Shown here: positions 45,345-55,482 of the stretch, one piece after another
Numbering within the stretch: the stretch's first letter is position 1
How the letters are laid out: the number at the start of each line of letters is the position of its first letter
Origin: an uncultured Candidatus Saccharibacteria bacterium
Lineage (GTDB): Bacteria; Patescibacteriota; Saccharimonadia; Saccharimonadales; Saccharimonadaceae
Direction of reading: 5' to 3'
Assembly (NCBI GenBank): GCA_916438855.1
Contig: CAKAFW010000001.1
Span: forward strand, 241,877-305,876
DNA length: 64,000 nucleotides
The notes under the pieces: model-generated
What the model was told of the DNA's origin: nothing
Seen by the model: only the letters and a program-made list of their open reading frames with translations
The model's database searches: none
Position numbers and translations under genes: made by a program

Positions 45345-45764
45345 ATGAAAAAAGTCATTACCTACGCCGCAAGCCTTGCGCTGGTACTGGGTGTATTAAG
45401 CCCAAGCGCGTTCGCCCAAGCCGACCCAATGGTGCAGGGGCAATCAACAAATACCGTTGCCCAGGCCGGCAGTGGCCCTGCCGAAACGATTCGCCAAGGT
45501 GCCGATAAAACTGGTACCAACACGGGCAATAGCGATGCCAGCACCATCATCCGTAATATTACCAACGTGCTACTGTTTATCATCGGTGCTATTAGTGTGA
45601 TTATGCTGATCTTTGGTGGTATTAAATACACCACCTCGAACGGCGACCAAGGTGCTGTTACTAGCGCTAAGAACACCATCACCTACGCGGTGGTGGGCCT
45701 AGTGGTGGCGATTTTTGCCTACGCGATCGTCGACTTTGTCATCAAGGGTCTGAGCCAGGGCTAG
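45345..45764 (+). CDS. VirB2/TrbC-like pilin 5
   Basis: GGIKYTTSNGDQGAVTSAKNTITYAVVGL. Confidence 0.82.
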   Translation: MKKVITYAASLALVLGVLSPSAFAQADPMVQGQSTNTVAQAGSGPAETIRQGADKTGTNTGNSDASTIIRNITNVLLFIIGAISVIMLIFGGIKYTTSNGDQGAVTSAKNTITYAVVGLVVAIFAYAIVDFVIKGLSQG

Positions 45765-45885
45765 ATTACCCTAGTTACCCCTGCAAATTGCCGCGCAAAA
45801 TGCGGCTTTTTGCTTTGCATTTATGCACAGTCTTATATATAATATAGGGTGAGTAGACTTTATAACCAAACTACGAAAGGAAGAT

Positions 45886-46299
45886 ATGAAACAATTAGTA
45901 CACAAACTTCAACGCGCTTTAGTTGCTACACCGTTTGCGGCTGTCTTGGTAGCGGGCGCACTTGTTCTGCCCATGGCAACACCAGCTATGGCTCAGAACG
46001 GCTGGAACTTAAATAGTGGTTACCAATCGTCCCGTGGCGATAACACCCCGGCTCAGCTTGACGGTGACCAAGGTGTCTTCAAGACAGTATCGAACGTGCT
46101 GCTCTTCGTCATCGGTGCCGTCAGTGTGATTATGCTCATCTTCGGCGGTATTAAATACACTACCTCGAACGGTGACCAAAATGCAGTTACCAGCGCTAAG
46201 AATACCATTATGTATGCGGTCGTGGGTATTGTGGTGGCTATCTTTGCGTACGCAATCGTTGGCTTCGTTATCAATGCCTTTAATGGTGACGGCGCTTAG
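45886..46299 (+). CDS. VirB2/TrbC-like pilin 6
   Basis: GGIKYTTSNGDQNAVTSAKNTIMYAVVGI; has its own promoter-like region and terminator. Confidence 0.82.
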   Translation: MKQLVHKLQRALVATPFAAVLVAGALVLPMATPAMAQNGWNLNSGYQSSRGDNTPAQLDGDQGVFKTVSNVLLFVIGAVSVIMLIFGGIKYTTSNGDQNAVTSAKNTIMYAVVGIVVAIFAYAIVGFVINAFNGDGA

Positions 46300-46331
46300 A
46301 ATCTAAGCAAAAGATAGGTTGGTTATAAGGG

Positions 46332-46359
46332 AACACCTCTGGGAAACCAGAGGTGTTTT
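46332..46359 (+). terminator. Intrinsic terminator after the pilin array
   Basis: aacacctctgg-gaaa-ccagaggtgtt followed by T. Confidence 0.8.
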
Positions 46360-46544
46360 ATTGTATATTACAGCTGATAGATGGAGGATGATTGCATAAT
46401 AGGTTCGACGCGCCGCCAGGGAGCGTCACCAAGCGTTCAGAGCGCTGCAGTAGTAAATGTGCCTTCTTAAGCGGCTGTGGGTAATATATTAGCCAGGCCT
46501 TGAGCCCCCAGCCTGGCTAATGAGTCTGTCTGCCCCTATGTGGG

Positions 46545-47029
46545 CTACATGACCTGGATCTTTTTGGCCTGCTCCTGTTGAATTTTTCGGGAAGCTAATG
46601 CTGAGAACCCCGTCCTTTAGGGCAGCACGGGCCTCATCTTCCTTTACAGCCACCGGCAGCGCCAGGGTGCGGCTAAATTCGCCCCAGTAGCATTCCTGGA
46701 TATGCCAGTTGTTTGCATCGGTGTCGTCGCCGCTGCTAAGGGTGCCGCTAATCGTCAAAATACCCTCACTTATGCTTACGTCAAGATCGTCCTTATTGAC
46801 GCCAGCAGTGCGGGCTTTAATTACAAGTTCATCGTCGGTTTCGTAGACATCAACTGCCAGTTGGCCGGGGAACTCATCCTCTGGTTCTTCTTGCAGGGTA
46901 GGTTCATCGGTTGGTTGCAGTTGCTGCATGGTGCAGCTGCCGTGACAGGAGGTGTCAAATCCTCATCGGTTAAAAAAATGCTGCAGCCAGTTCGTCTTCA
47001 ATTAATAAATCATCATTTTTGCGGGCCAT
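46545..47029 (-). CDS. Small heat-shock protein, Hsp20/alpha-crystallin (frameshifted)
   Basis: VDVYET, LTISG, QECYWGEFSRTLALP and LKDGVL motifs. Confidence 0.88.
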
Positions 47030-47134
47030 TTAGTCCTCCACTTTTTAGGCTCAATTATCGACAATAGTCCCTTTTAGTATAACAAATGGGTGTGTATAAT
47101 CAAGGTAGTAGCTGTAAATTTTGTAAATATCACA

Positions 47135-47821
47135 ATGCTAGATAGCCTACTTGCCACTATAGCCCCCTACCACTGTATTTGCTGTGGTTTTATGGGGGTA
47201 ATTTTATGCCAACGTTGTAAAAAAGGAATATCAAAATCACAACAAAACCAGTGTGGTTTATGTGGTTATATGCTTGCTGCTGGGCGCTGCCAGCGGCCGG
47301 ATTGCAGCCTAGCTGGCGTGCACCAATACGTGGCACTTGCGGCCAGCGACACGACCAAAAAGCTAATCCACGCCTATAAGTATCAGCACAAACGGGCCGT
47401 TAGTAAAACTCTCGCTAGCCTGGTGGTAGAGCATCTCCCCCAGCTGGCCCAGCCGGGCCACTGCCTGTGCCCTATTCCACCCAGTAACCACCATGTGCGT
47501 CAGCGTGGTTTTAGTCACACAGGCCTGCTTGTGCGCCAGCTTGCGCGGCAGTACCGCTTGCCGCGCTGCCACATACTGCAACGCCACGGCAGCACGCAGC
47601 AGGTTGGTGCAGGCCGCACAGCGCGGTTCCGGCAGCAGCACAGTGCTTATACAGTCCGGCAGGCAAGGCTGCGCCGTTACCAGGGGTACCACTACGTGCT
47701 GGTAGATGATGTTATGACGACCGGTGCCACCATGCAGGCAGCGGTAGCGGCGCTACAGTCGGCCGGCGTGGAGCCGGGTAACATCAGCCTGCTAGCCATT
47801 ATGCACCAGCCACTTGGCTAG
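47135..47821 (+). CDS. comF: ComF-family amidophosphoribosyltransferase-like protein
   Basis: N-terminal CxxC pairs, RQRGFSH and LVDDVMTTGAT. Confidence 0.88.
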   Translation: MLDSLLATIAPYHCICCGFMGVILCQRCKKGISKSQQNQCGLCGYMLAAGRCQRPDCSLAGVHQYVALAASDTTKKLIHAYKYQHKRAVSKTLASLVVEHLPQLAQPGHCLCPIPPSNHHVRQRGFSHTGLLVRQLARQYRLPRCHILQRHGSTQQVGAGRTARFRQQHSAYTVRQARLRRYQGYHYVLVDDVMTTGATMQAAVAALQSAGVEPGNISLLAIMHQPLG

Positions 47822-47856
47822 GTGCAGGCGCGAAAGTGTGGTATAATACCGCCTAT

Positions 47857-47946
47857 GGAGAGATGACCGAGTGGTTGAAGGTACCGGTCTTGAAAACCGG
47901 CGTGCGCTAACCCGTACCGTGGGTTCGAATCCCACTCTCTCCGCCA
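47857..47946 (+). tRNA. tRNA-Ser(TGA)
   Basis: GGAGAGA/TCTCTCC acceptor stem, anticodon loop CTTGAAA, long variable arm, GTTCGAATC, encoded CCA. Confidence 0.96.
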
Positions 47947-48089
47947 CAGGTATCATCGCTGCACCCCGCTGGGTGCAGTTTTATTATCCTGGCTACCAGG
48001 CCGATAGTGGTAGGTTTCCACGTGAAAGGAGTCCACCAAGGGTTAACACTATATTGACAAATTAGCATAAACAGTGTATAGTGCCAGGT

Positions 48090-48314
48090 ATGAAGATGCA
48101 TGAATCGATCCCAAACCACTTTGAAGAAGAAACCCATGCTGATGCTCGTGAGCAGCTTGGTAAACTAGCAGTCAGCACCGAAATCCACTTTGCACCCCAG
48201 CCAAAGCGCGAGGTACACCCGCTTGATTCTGACATGCTGCGCTGGCATTATAAAATCCAGCAGGATCTAGCAGAGGGCTACGAGCCAAACTACGGCCCTG
48301 ACTACGAGTACTAA
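48090..48314 (+). CDS. Small acidic hypothetical protein
   Basis: TTGACA-N17-TATAGT promoter 7 nt before the ATG; terminator hairpin at about 48346-48370. Confidence 0.6.
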   Translation: MKMHESIPNHFEEETHADAREQLGKLAVSTEIHFAPQPKREVHPLDSDMLRWHYKIQQDLAEGYEPNYGPDYEY

Positions 48315-48450
48315 CCGAGCACTATACGCTTGTACTAAGCAGCCAAGCCCCCTCTACTAAGAGGGGGTTTGTGTGTATGGCACAAAAATACGTATAAAAG
48401 CACCGCCCCCGTAGCTTGAGGGCGGTGCTTTGTGCCAGAATGTGTACTAG

Positions 48451-48870
48451 TTAGAACCCAGTCGCACCGGTACCAGTGCCACCACCGGTTGCAAACGAGG
48501 TAATAACAAACTGCACCGCTGCATAAGCCAGTAGCGCAACCACAATACCAACAATTGCGTATAGAATGGTATTCTTAGCGGTGGTAATATTATCTGAGTT
48601 ACCACCAGAGGTAACGTAACGGAAGCCGCCAAAGATAATCATAATAACGCTAACTGCACCAATAATATAGAGCAGAATATTGCTTACCTTTTGGAACATG
48701 CCGCCGTCGCCAAATAGTTCGGTTGGTTGATCAACACCGCGCGCGGAAGTCGCCCCACCTTGCACGCCGTTGTTCCACTGTGCTGCAGCGAGCTGTGGTG
48801 TGCCAAAGCTAATCAGGCCAATCGTTGCCAGTGCTAGAAATGATATGAGTACTTTCTTCATGTGTGTCAT
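48451..48870 (-). CDS. VirB2/TrbC-like pilin 7 (orphan copy)
   Basis: GGFRYVTSGGN...AKNTILYAIVGIVVALLAY; terminator at about 48397-48431. Confidence 0.82.
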   Translation of the reverse strand: MTHMKKVLISFLALATIGLISFGTPQLAAAQWNNGVQGGATSARGVDQPTELFGDGGMFQKVSNILLYIIGAVSVIMIIFGGFRYVTSGGNSDNITTAKNTILYAIVGIVVALLAYAAVQFVITSFATGGGTGTGATGF

Positions 48871-48998
48871 TTGTTCCTTATTATGCCATGTTAAGACTAT
48901 TGTAGCAAAGCACAATCTGTTTGTCTAGCAAAAAAGCTGTGTTATAATGGGTGATGTTCAGGTGGTAACATGCCTGTAAATCGCACATACATCCATAC

Positions 48999-49091
48999 GG
49001 AGGAGTACCCAAGTGGCTGAAGGGGACGGTTTGCTAAATCGTTAGTACGGGGAGACCTGTAGCGGGAGTTCGAATCTCCCCTCCTCCGCCA
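48999..49091 (+). tRNA. tRNA-Ser(GCT)
   Basis: GGAGGAG/CTCCTCC acceptor stem, anticodon loop TTGCTAA, long variable arm, GTTCGAATC, encoded CCA. Confidence 0.95.
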
Positions 49092-49237
49092 AATGTGCAC
49101 TTAATACCAGCATTCTGCCGTAAGCAGGGTGCTGGTTTTGTTATACATAGCGTGTGATTTATATGGATTGATTTAGGCGTGGCTGCTCCTACTCCCCTAC
49201 TCGCTTACCTATGCACCCCTGATGGTATACTAGGGAT

Positions 49238-49648
49238 ATGGAAGCATCGATTTTTACCAAGATTATACAGGGCAAGATCCCTTGCCATAAGGTGTACGAA
49301 GATGAGCAGACGCTGGCTTTTTTGGATATCCACCCCGTGGCGCCTGGGCACGTGCTGGTTGTGCCAAAAACGCAAATTGAGTTTATGTGGGACTTGTCAC
49401 CCCAGGAGTACCAGGCTGTGATGGCAACCGCCCGCCGGGTTGCCCGCCATGTGCGCCAGGTGCTGGGCGTGCCGTATGTGGGCCAGCAAATCATCGGTAC
49501 CGATGTGCCCCACGCCCATGTGCACATCATCCCCTTTTATACAGTAGAGGAATTCTACCACCGGCCGAGTATGAACAACGACCCGGACCACCAAGCGCTG
49601 GCTGCTATGGCCAAGCGCCTATATATAAACGACCAGCTGAGTCGCTAA
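49238..49648 (+). CDS. HIT-family nucleotide hydrolase
   Basis: SIFTKII, FLDIHP..PGHVLVVPK and HAHVH triad. Confidence 0.93.
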   Translation: MEASIFTKIIQGKIPCHKVYEDEQTLAFLDIHPVAPGHVLVVPKTQIEFMWDLSPQEYQAVMATARRVARHVRQVLGVPYVGQQIIGTDVPHAHVHIIPFYTVEEFYHRPSMNNDPDHQALAAMAKRLYINDQLSR

Positions 49649-50097
49649 TGCGTATTATTAGCGTTGGCAAGCAGCATGAGTCGTGGCTACGCCCAGGTAT
49701 TGAGCGCTATAGCCAACGCTTGCGTCCGCCATTTACCGCCGAATGGGTGCTGGTGCCGCATTCAACATTGCGCGGTGTGGCGGCACGCCAGGCAGAGTCG
49801 CGCCAAATTCTGCAGCGTATTCGCCCGGGCGAGTATGTCATGCTGCTGGATGAAACCGGCCAGCAGTTTAGCTCGCCGCAACTGGCCACGCACATCGAGC
49901 GCATGGTAGCGCAGCGCCCGGTTGTACTGGTGATTGGCGGCGCCTACGGGGTAGATGAAACGGTGCATGCGCGTGCTGATATGGTGTGGTCACTTTCCCG
50001 GCTGGTACTACCGCACATGTTGGTGCGCTTAGTGTTGATTGAACAATTATACCGCGCCCAGGAAATCTGCCGTGGTGGGCCGTATCATCATAGTTAG
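49648..50097 (+). CDS. rlmH: 23S rRNA pseudouridine-1915 N3-methyltransferase
   Basis: IGGAYG, SLSRLVLPH, EQLYRA and PYH motifs. Confidence 0.92.
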   Translation: MRIISVGKQHESWLRPGIERYSQRLRPPFTAEWVLVPHSTLRGVAARQAESRQILQRIRPGEYVMLLDETGQQFSSPQLATHIERMVAQRPVVLVIGGAYGVDETVHARADMVWSLSRLVLPHMLVRLVLIEQLYRAQEICRGGPYHHS

Positions 50098-50236
50098 TGT
50101 AAAACGGTGTGTTACGTGAGTAGTATGACCGTGGCTACTACCTCCAAATGTAGGGCTATACAAGCATACTATTGACATTATTTATAACATGTGGTAGTAT
50201 ATGAACATCACTACCTAACATAGTAAGATAAACACA

Positions 50237-50572
50237 ATGCAACATATCATCGTACATACCACCACAACCATACTGGTTGGCTGCGTTGCCCTGGGTATTT
50301 TTTGGCACGACAGTAATCTCGATAAAGCGACGAGCTATGCCCTAGCCCGCCCGGGCCAGACGCAAACTGATGCTAGCAGCAATAATCACAAAGCCGAGGG
50401 CCCAACCTCACACCAGCATACGCACCACGACAATGCAAGTTTACAGAGCGTAGACCCGCGCGAAAAGCGCCGCCACCGCTTACACCGGCGTTTAGCCCAC
50501 CGCATCTGGCGTGATCATATTCACGCCTGGGAACCGCGCAGTTTCCAATATACCATCCAACTTCGTATCTGA
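50237..50572 (+). CDS. Hypothetical protein, His/Arg-rich
   Basis: 111-aa ORF with an upstream TTGACA promoter and a terminator at 50578-50609. Confidence 0.6.
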   Translation: MQHIIVHTTTTILVGCVALGIFWHDSNLDKATSYALARPGQTQTDASSNNHKAEGPTSHQHTHHDNASLQSVDPREKRRHRLHRRLAHRIWRDHIHAWEPRSFQYTIQLRI

Positions 50573-50662
50573 TACACTAAACCACCGAGCATACAGCTCG
50601 GTGGTTTTAGCATAGCATATGGGTGATGGAGCGCTGGCTATGGCTGCAACGCGCTCCCTTCC

Positions 50663-53230
50663 CTACTGGCCGAGTGCGCTTAACTCTGCCTGCAAGCGCT
50701 CTACCAGTTGCTGCGTGGTGTGATGCTGCAGTTCGGTTTCGGCTACTAAATGGGCTGGTGCCTTAGTGCGGTAGTTTTGGTTCGCCAGCCGGGCATGCAA
50801 TGTTGCCAGCTGCGCTTGGGCGGATTCAAGCCGGGCTTGCAAGTTGGTGCGGTGCTCGTATAGCGTGGCTTCATCAACGGCTAGCCATGCTTGATGTGTA
50901 CTAGCTGCTAACTTAAGGCCAAATGGTTCATTACTTGCTGTGACTGATTTCAGCTTGCCAAGATGAGCGATTGTATCGGCGTGCTGGGCTACAAAATCAT
51001 CACTGCGGTGTAGTAGATCGTAACGTTTGCTGCCTGGTAGACTGCTAGCTGCGTTACGGACCTCCTCGACCAAGGTACGAATATCAGCAAACTCACTCAC
51101 CTGCTCGGGGTCGTATGCCAGTGGCTCTGGCCAGGTTTCACCAGCCAAAAGTGAGTTCACCCACGGCAGCGTTTGCCAGATTGTTTCGGTCACAAACGGC
51201 GCAAAGGGGTGGGCAAGCCGCAAGCACGTTTCGAGCACCCAGGCCATAAAGGCGGGATTCTGATTAACCTTGCTGGCTTCGATGTACCAGTCAGCTACGT
51301 CGTCCCAAATAACGTGGTAGACAGTCTCCCCTGCCTCGGCAAAGCGAAAGTTTTCTAGGTGCTGCGCCACGGCAGCTGCACCGTTACTAAGCTGCTTGGC
51401 GATCCAGTGCTCAGCTGGCGTTTGTGGTGTGGCTTGGTGTGGTGATACGGGTTCGTCGCCAAGTTTACTTAGTGTATAACGGCTCATATTCCACAGCTTG
51501 TTGCAGAAATTGCGCCCTGCCACGATTTTTGCTGACTGATAACGCCTGGTTTTGGGCAGCACTGCGGCTGGATACGATCCCCAGGCGTAGGGCATCGCTG
51601 CCGTATTCGCTCACAATTTCAATCGGGTTAATGACGTTACCTTTTGATTTACTCATCTTTTGGCCCTTTTCATCCAGCACCAGACCGTTAAAGTACACGT
51701 GCCGGAAGGGCACCTGGCCAGTGCGGTAGAGCCCCAACATCACCATACGTGACACCCACGGGAACAGAATATCTGCACCGGTTGCCATCACGCTGGTGGG
51801 GTAAAATTGCTGTAGCTCACTCCCCTCGGTAAGGGCGTCGGTGGTAATGTATGGCCATTGCCCGCTGCTAAACCAGGTATCAAAAGTATCTTCCTCACGT
51901 ATATATGTTGTGCCATTTACTACGATTTCTTTCTGGTCAACACGTGTATCAAAGATCCAGTCGTTGCTATCTTGCTTGTTAACGAAGGCAGGAATTGGAA
52001 TGCCCCACGGAATTTGGCGGCTAATATTCCAGTCGCGCAGATTTTTAGAGATATTCAATTAGCACACCACGCTTGCTTTCGGGTGTAAAAGTAATCTCGC
52101 CGCGTTCAAGGCACTCAATAGCGCGCGCCGCCAGTGGTTTAACGTTTACAAACCACTGCTCTTTAATCATTGGCTGAATCGGCAAACCACTTTTGTAGTC
52201 GTAACCAACGGTATGCGTAATGGTAGTCTCGCCACGTAGTAAGTCCTCCCCTTTCAGTAGCGTAATGGTCTTGGTGCGGGCTTCTTCTACGTTTAGACCT
52301 GCAAAAGCTTGGCGGTACATTAATCATAGTGCCATCAAAAGCAATCACCTGCAGCGGCGTTAAATTATGACGCTGGCCGACCTCAAAGTCGTTCGGGTCG
52401 TGCGCCGGTGTGATCTTAACCACGCCGGTACCATAGCTGGCATCAACGTACTCATCGGCAATAATCGGAATTTCGCGCTGCGTAAGCGGTAGTAGAGCGT
52501 GGCTGCCAATCAAGTGTTTGTAGCGTTCATCATCTGGGTGAACGGCAATTGCAACGTCGCCAAACATTGTTTCTGGCCGGGTTGTGGCTACCACAATCTC
52601 CCCTATCTTATCGATAAGCGGGTAAGCAATCTGCCATAATTTGCCTTCTTCTTCCTTGTAATTTACCTCAATATCAGAGTAGCTAGTTTGGTAGGCGGTG
52701 CTGTAGTTGACGATGCGCTCACCCCGGTAAATCAGGCCATCATCCCACATCTTGCGGAAGGTCGCGTACACAGTATCGATAACTTTGTCGTCTAGTGTAA
52801 AGGTTAAATTATCCCAGCTGGCACCAACACCCAGGGCGCGTAACTGAAGCTCCATATTGCCGCGCTGCTTTTCAACAAAGTCCCATACTTGGCTGTAGAG
52901 TTGTTCACGTGAAAAATCAAACCGGCTCTTCCCCTGCTCTGCCAGGACTCGTTCGTACACAACCCAGGTTTCAAAACCAGCATGATCCGCTCCTGGCAAA
53001 TAGACAGCATTATCCCCTTTCATGCGGTGGTAACGCACCAAAATATCCTGGTAATTCATGGTTAGTGCATGGCCAATATGTAAGTTCCCGTTGGCGTTGG
53101 GTGGTGGCATAACGATGCTGAATGGCTCGCCCTGCCCTGCTGGCTTAGGGTTAAACACACCTGCGGTTTCCCACATGGCGTAGATATCTGGCTCGTACTG
53201 AGCTGGCTCATAGGCTTTGGCTAGTTTCAT
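50663..53230 (-). CDS. valS: Valine--tRNA ligase (several frameshifts)
   Basis: [36 protein letters not shown] and a C-terminal coiled coil. Confidence 0.96.
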
Positions 53231-53308
53231 ATGTACTCCTTATTATTCACGTGAAAACACGGCATATAGTAGCGACCGTGCTTGACTTGCTGGTATTATA
53301 GCACGGTG

Positions 53309-54229
53309 TTAGCGCTGCAAGCTACGGAGCTTGCGAGCGATTTGGTAGCTTTTGTACTGCAGTGTTTTGACGGGCATATCGTAAGTGTAGCTCAGGAACT
53401 GCTGATGCCCACCGAATGACTTTTTAAAGCGAGTAAACCCAGCCCAGCGGTGGGAAGAATCGGTGCTGTCGGTAATGCCGTAAAAATCAAACAGCTGCTT
53501 GCCCTGGCGCTTAGCATCAAAAATGATTTCGGCGAGTAGGGCAGTAGGGGCGTTCAATTTGCGGTGCTCGTAGGTGGCGGCAGCGTAAGCGTAGTAGTTG
53601 GTGCTGGGGCCTTCGTAAACAAATGCCGCCGCAATGGGGGAGCCCTCGTAATCAATAAAGTGCAGCGAGCCAGCGTTCTGCTCTAGCAACGTAGCGAATT
53701 GGGTAGTAAAGTAATCATCGCTATGGAAGGTGATACCATTGTGCTCTTCGACACTGCGCAGCAGCTTCATAAGTGTTGGGATATCGCGTAGGTTAGTGCT
53801 GCGGCGGTAACTCATGCCTTTTTTAGTATAGTTGCGGTAAATGCTACGGTTGTTCTGCTTCATAGCTGCCATCAGTTCATCGGTAGAAGGGGAAAGATCG
53901 AGCTGCCAAGTAAGGCTTGGTTGCGAGTAATCAACCTTAACCAGGCCATGGCGGCGCATAGTGCGTTCGGTAACTGGTGTACCGAGTGGCTGTATGCGAG
54001 CAAACATAACACCTGGCTGCAGGGCCAGTGCCATCAGTGATTCCAGCGCCACACCGAGTGAATGCTCGTCCTCGGCCTGGGGACCGTAGGGGCAGTACAG
54101 ACGGGTGATGCGTGATGATTCAGAATCGAGAATCGCGAGGTAGTGCCAGCCCTCGCCGCTGCGAATGAAGGTTTTGTTGCCCAGGGCGGTGTGAAAGGCG
54201 GCCCAAGCGGGGGATTGTAAATAGTGCAT
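53309..54229 (-). CDS. FemABX-family peptidoglycan bridge aminoacyltransferase
   Basis: YLQSPAW, YCPYGP, FDFYGI and GFTRFKKSFGG motifs. Confidence 0.88.
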   Translation of the reverse strand: MHYLQSPAWAAFHTALGNKTFIRSGEGWHYLAILDSESSRITRLYCPYGPQAEDEHSLGVALESLMALALQPGVMFARIQPLGTPVTERTMRRHGLVKVDYSQPSLTWQLDLSPSTDELMAAMKQNNRSIYRNYTKKGMSYRRSTNLRDIPTLMKLLRSVEEHNGITFHSDDYFTTQFATLLEQNAGSLHFIDYEGSPIAAAFVYEGPSTNYYAYAAATYEHRKLNAPTALLAEIIFDAKRQGKQLFDFYGITDSTDSSHRWAGFTRFKKSFGGHQQFLSYTYDMPVKTLQYKSYQIARKLRSLQR

Positions 54230-54286
54230 AAAACTCCTTAAAATAATGTATTAATTACAACATAACATGCCGCACGGCATATACTC

Positions 54287-55386
54287 CTACGCGAAGCTGG
54301 TGATGGGCGCGTGAGCTGGTGGCTCAGCGTCCATGCCTAGGCTGGGGTAGGTTTCGAGGTTGTATGGGTCCACTGGTTGCTGCTGCTGGCTACGATAGTA
54401 GGCGAGGGCAGCCACCATGGCCGCGTTGTCGGTACAGAGCTGCATAGGTGTGTATTCGATGGGTGCGTCAATGGCCTGGCGTAGCTGCTGGCGTAGTTCG
54501 GTATTGGCGGCCACGCCACCGGCAATCACCACGCTGGCCGGTTGGTAATCGCGGTAGGCACGCTGGGTCGCCCGCACCAATGCGTGCACGGCGGTGTACT
54601 GAAAGCTTGCCGCAATATCCACCTGCTGCTGCTTACTTAAGCGCTCTGCCAGCTGGTGTGAGGGAAAGGTGTGGTCCACGCCAGTGATGCTTTGGGCCAG
54701 GCGCAGCACGGCCGTCTTAAGACCAGAAAATGAAAAATCATACGGGTTCTGCAGCCGTGCGATTGGCAGCCAGTAAGCGTGGGTATCGCCATGCGGGGCC
54801 GCCGCCGCAATACTGGCCCGCCAGGGTAGGGGAGACCGATGATCTTGGCAACCTTATCGAAAGCTTCGCCCACGGCGTCATCCTGGGTGTGCCCAAGTAA
54901 GCGAAAGTCACCATGGCCACGGAATAATACCAGCTGGGTGTGCCCGCCGGATACGATCAGCGCCAGCAGTGGGAACTGCGGGGCACGGGCCGGTAGCGCT
55001 AAATCACTACCAGTTTGCTGAGTGATAAAATTAGCATACACATGGGCCTCGACATGGTGAATAGGGTAGAGCGGCTTATGCTTAATAAGGGCGATTGTTT
55101 TAGCGGTAATGCTGCCAATCATCAGCGAACCCGATAGCCCCGGCGCATAGGTAACGGCAATTGCATCGATATCATCCCAGCTGCACGTGGCGCGGGCAAG
55201 TGCCTCGCTAACTACCGCGGTGGCGACCTCCACGTGGCTACGGGCTGCGACCTCCGGCACAACGCCGCCATACTTGGCATGAATATCAATCTGTGAATGC
55301 ACCACATTACTAAGCAGCCGCTGGCCGTCTTCTACTACGGCAGCGGCAGTTTCGTCACAACTGCTCTCTATGCCCAAAATCCTCAC
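54287..55386 (-). CDS. tsaD: tRNA N6-threonylcarbamoyltransferase (frameshifted)
   Basis: GIESSCDET, HHVEAH, SGGHT, DDAVGEAFDK, GGVAAN and TDNAAM motifs. Confidence 0.95.
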
Positions 55387-55482
55387 GATACCATAAGTAT
55401 AGCAAACCCGGGCCCAAACGCCTACCGCTTGCTGGGCAAAGAATATAGCCCAAAACCGCCCAAGCAGTGCTATACTAATAAC

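Noticed and set aside
47871..48065. 64-aa ORF in the track
   Set aside because: It overlaps tRNA-Ser(TGA) and its terminator, so it is spurious.
53231..53308. T-box leader for valS
   Set aside because: The intergenic space is under 80 nt and no T-box consensus is visible.
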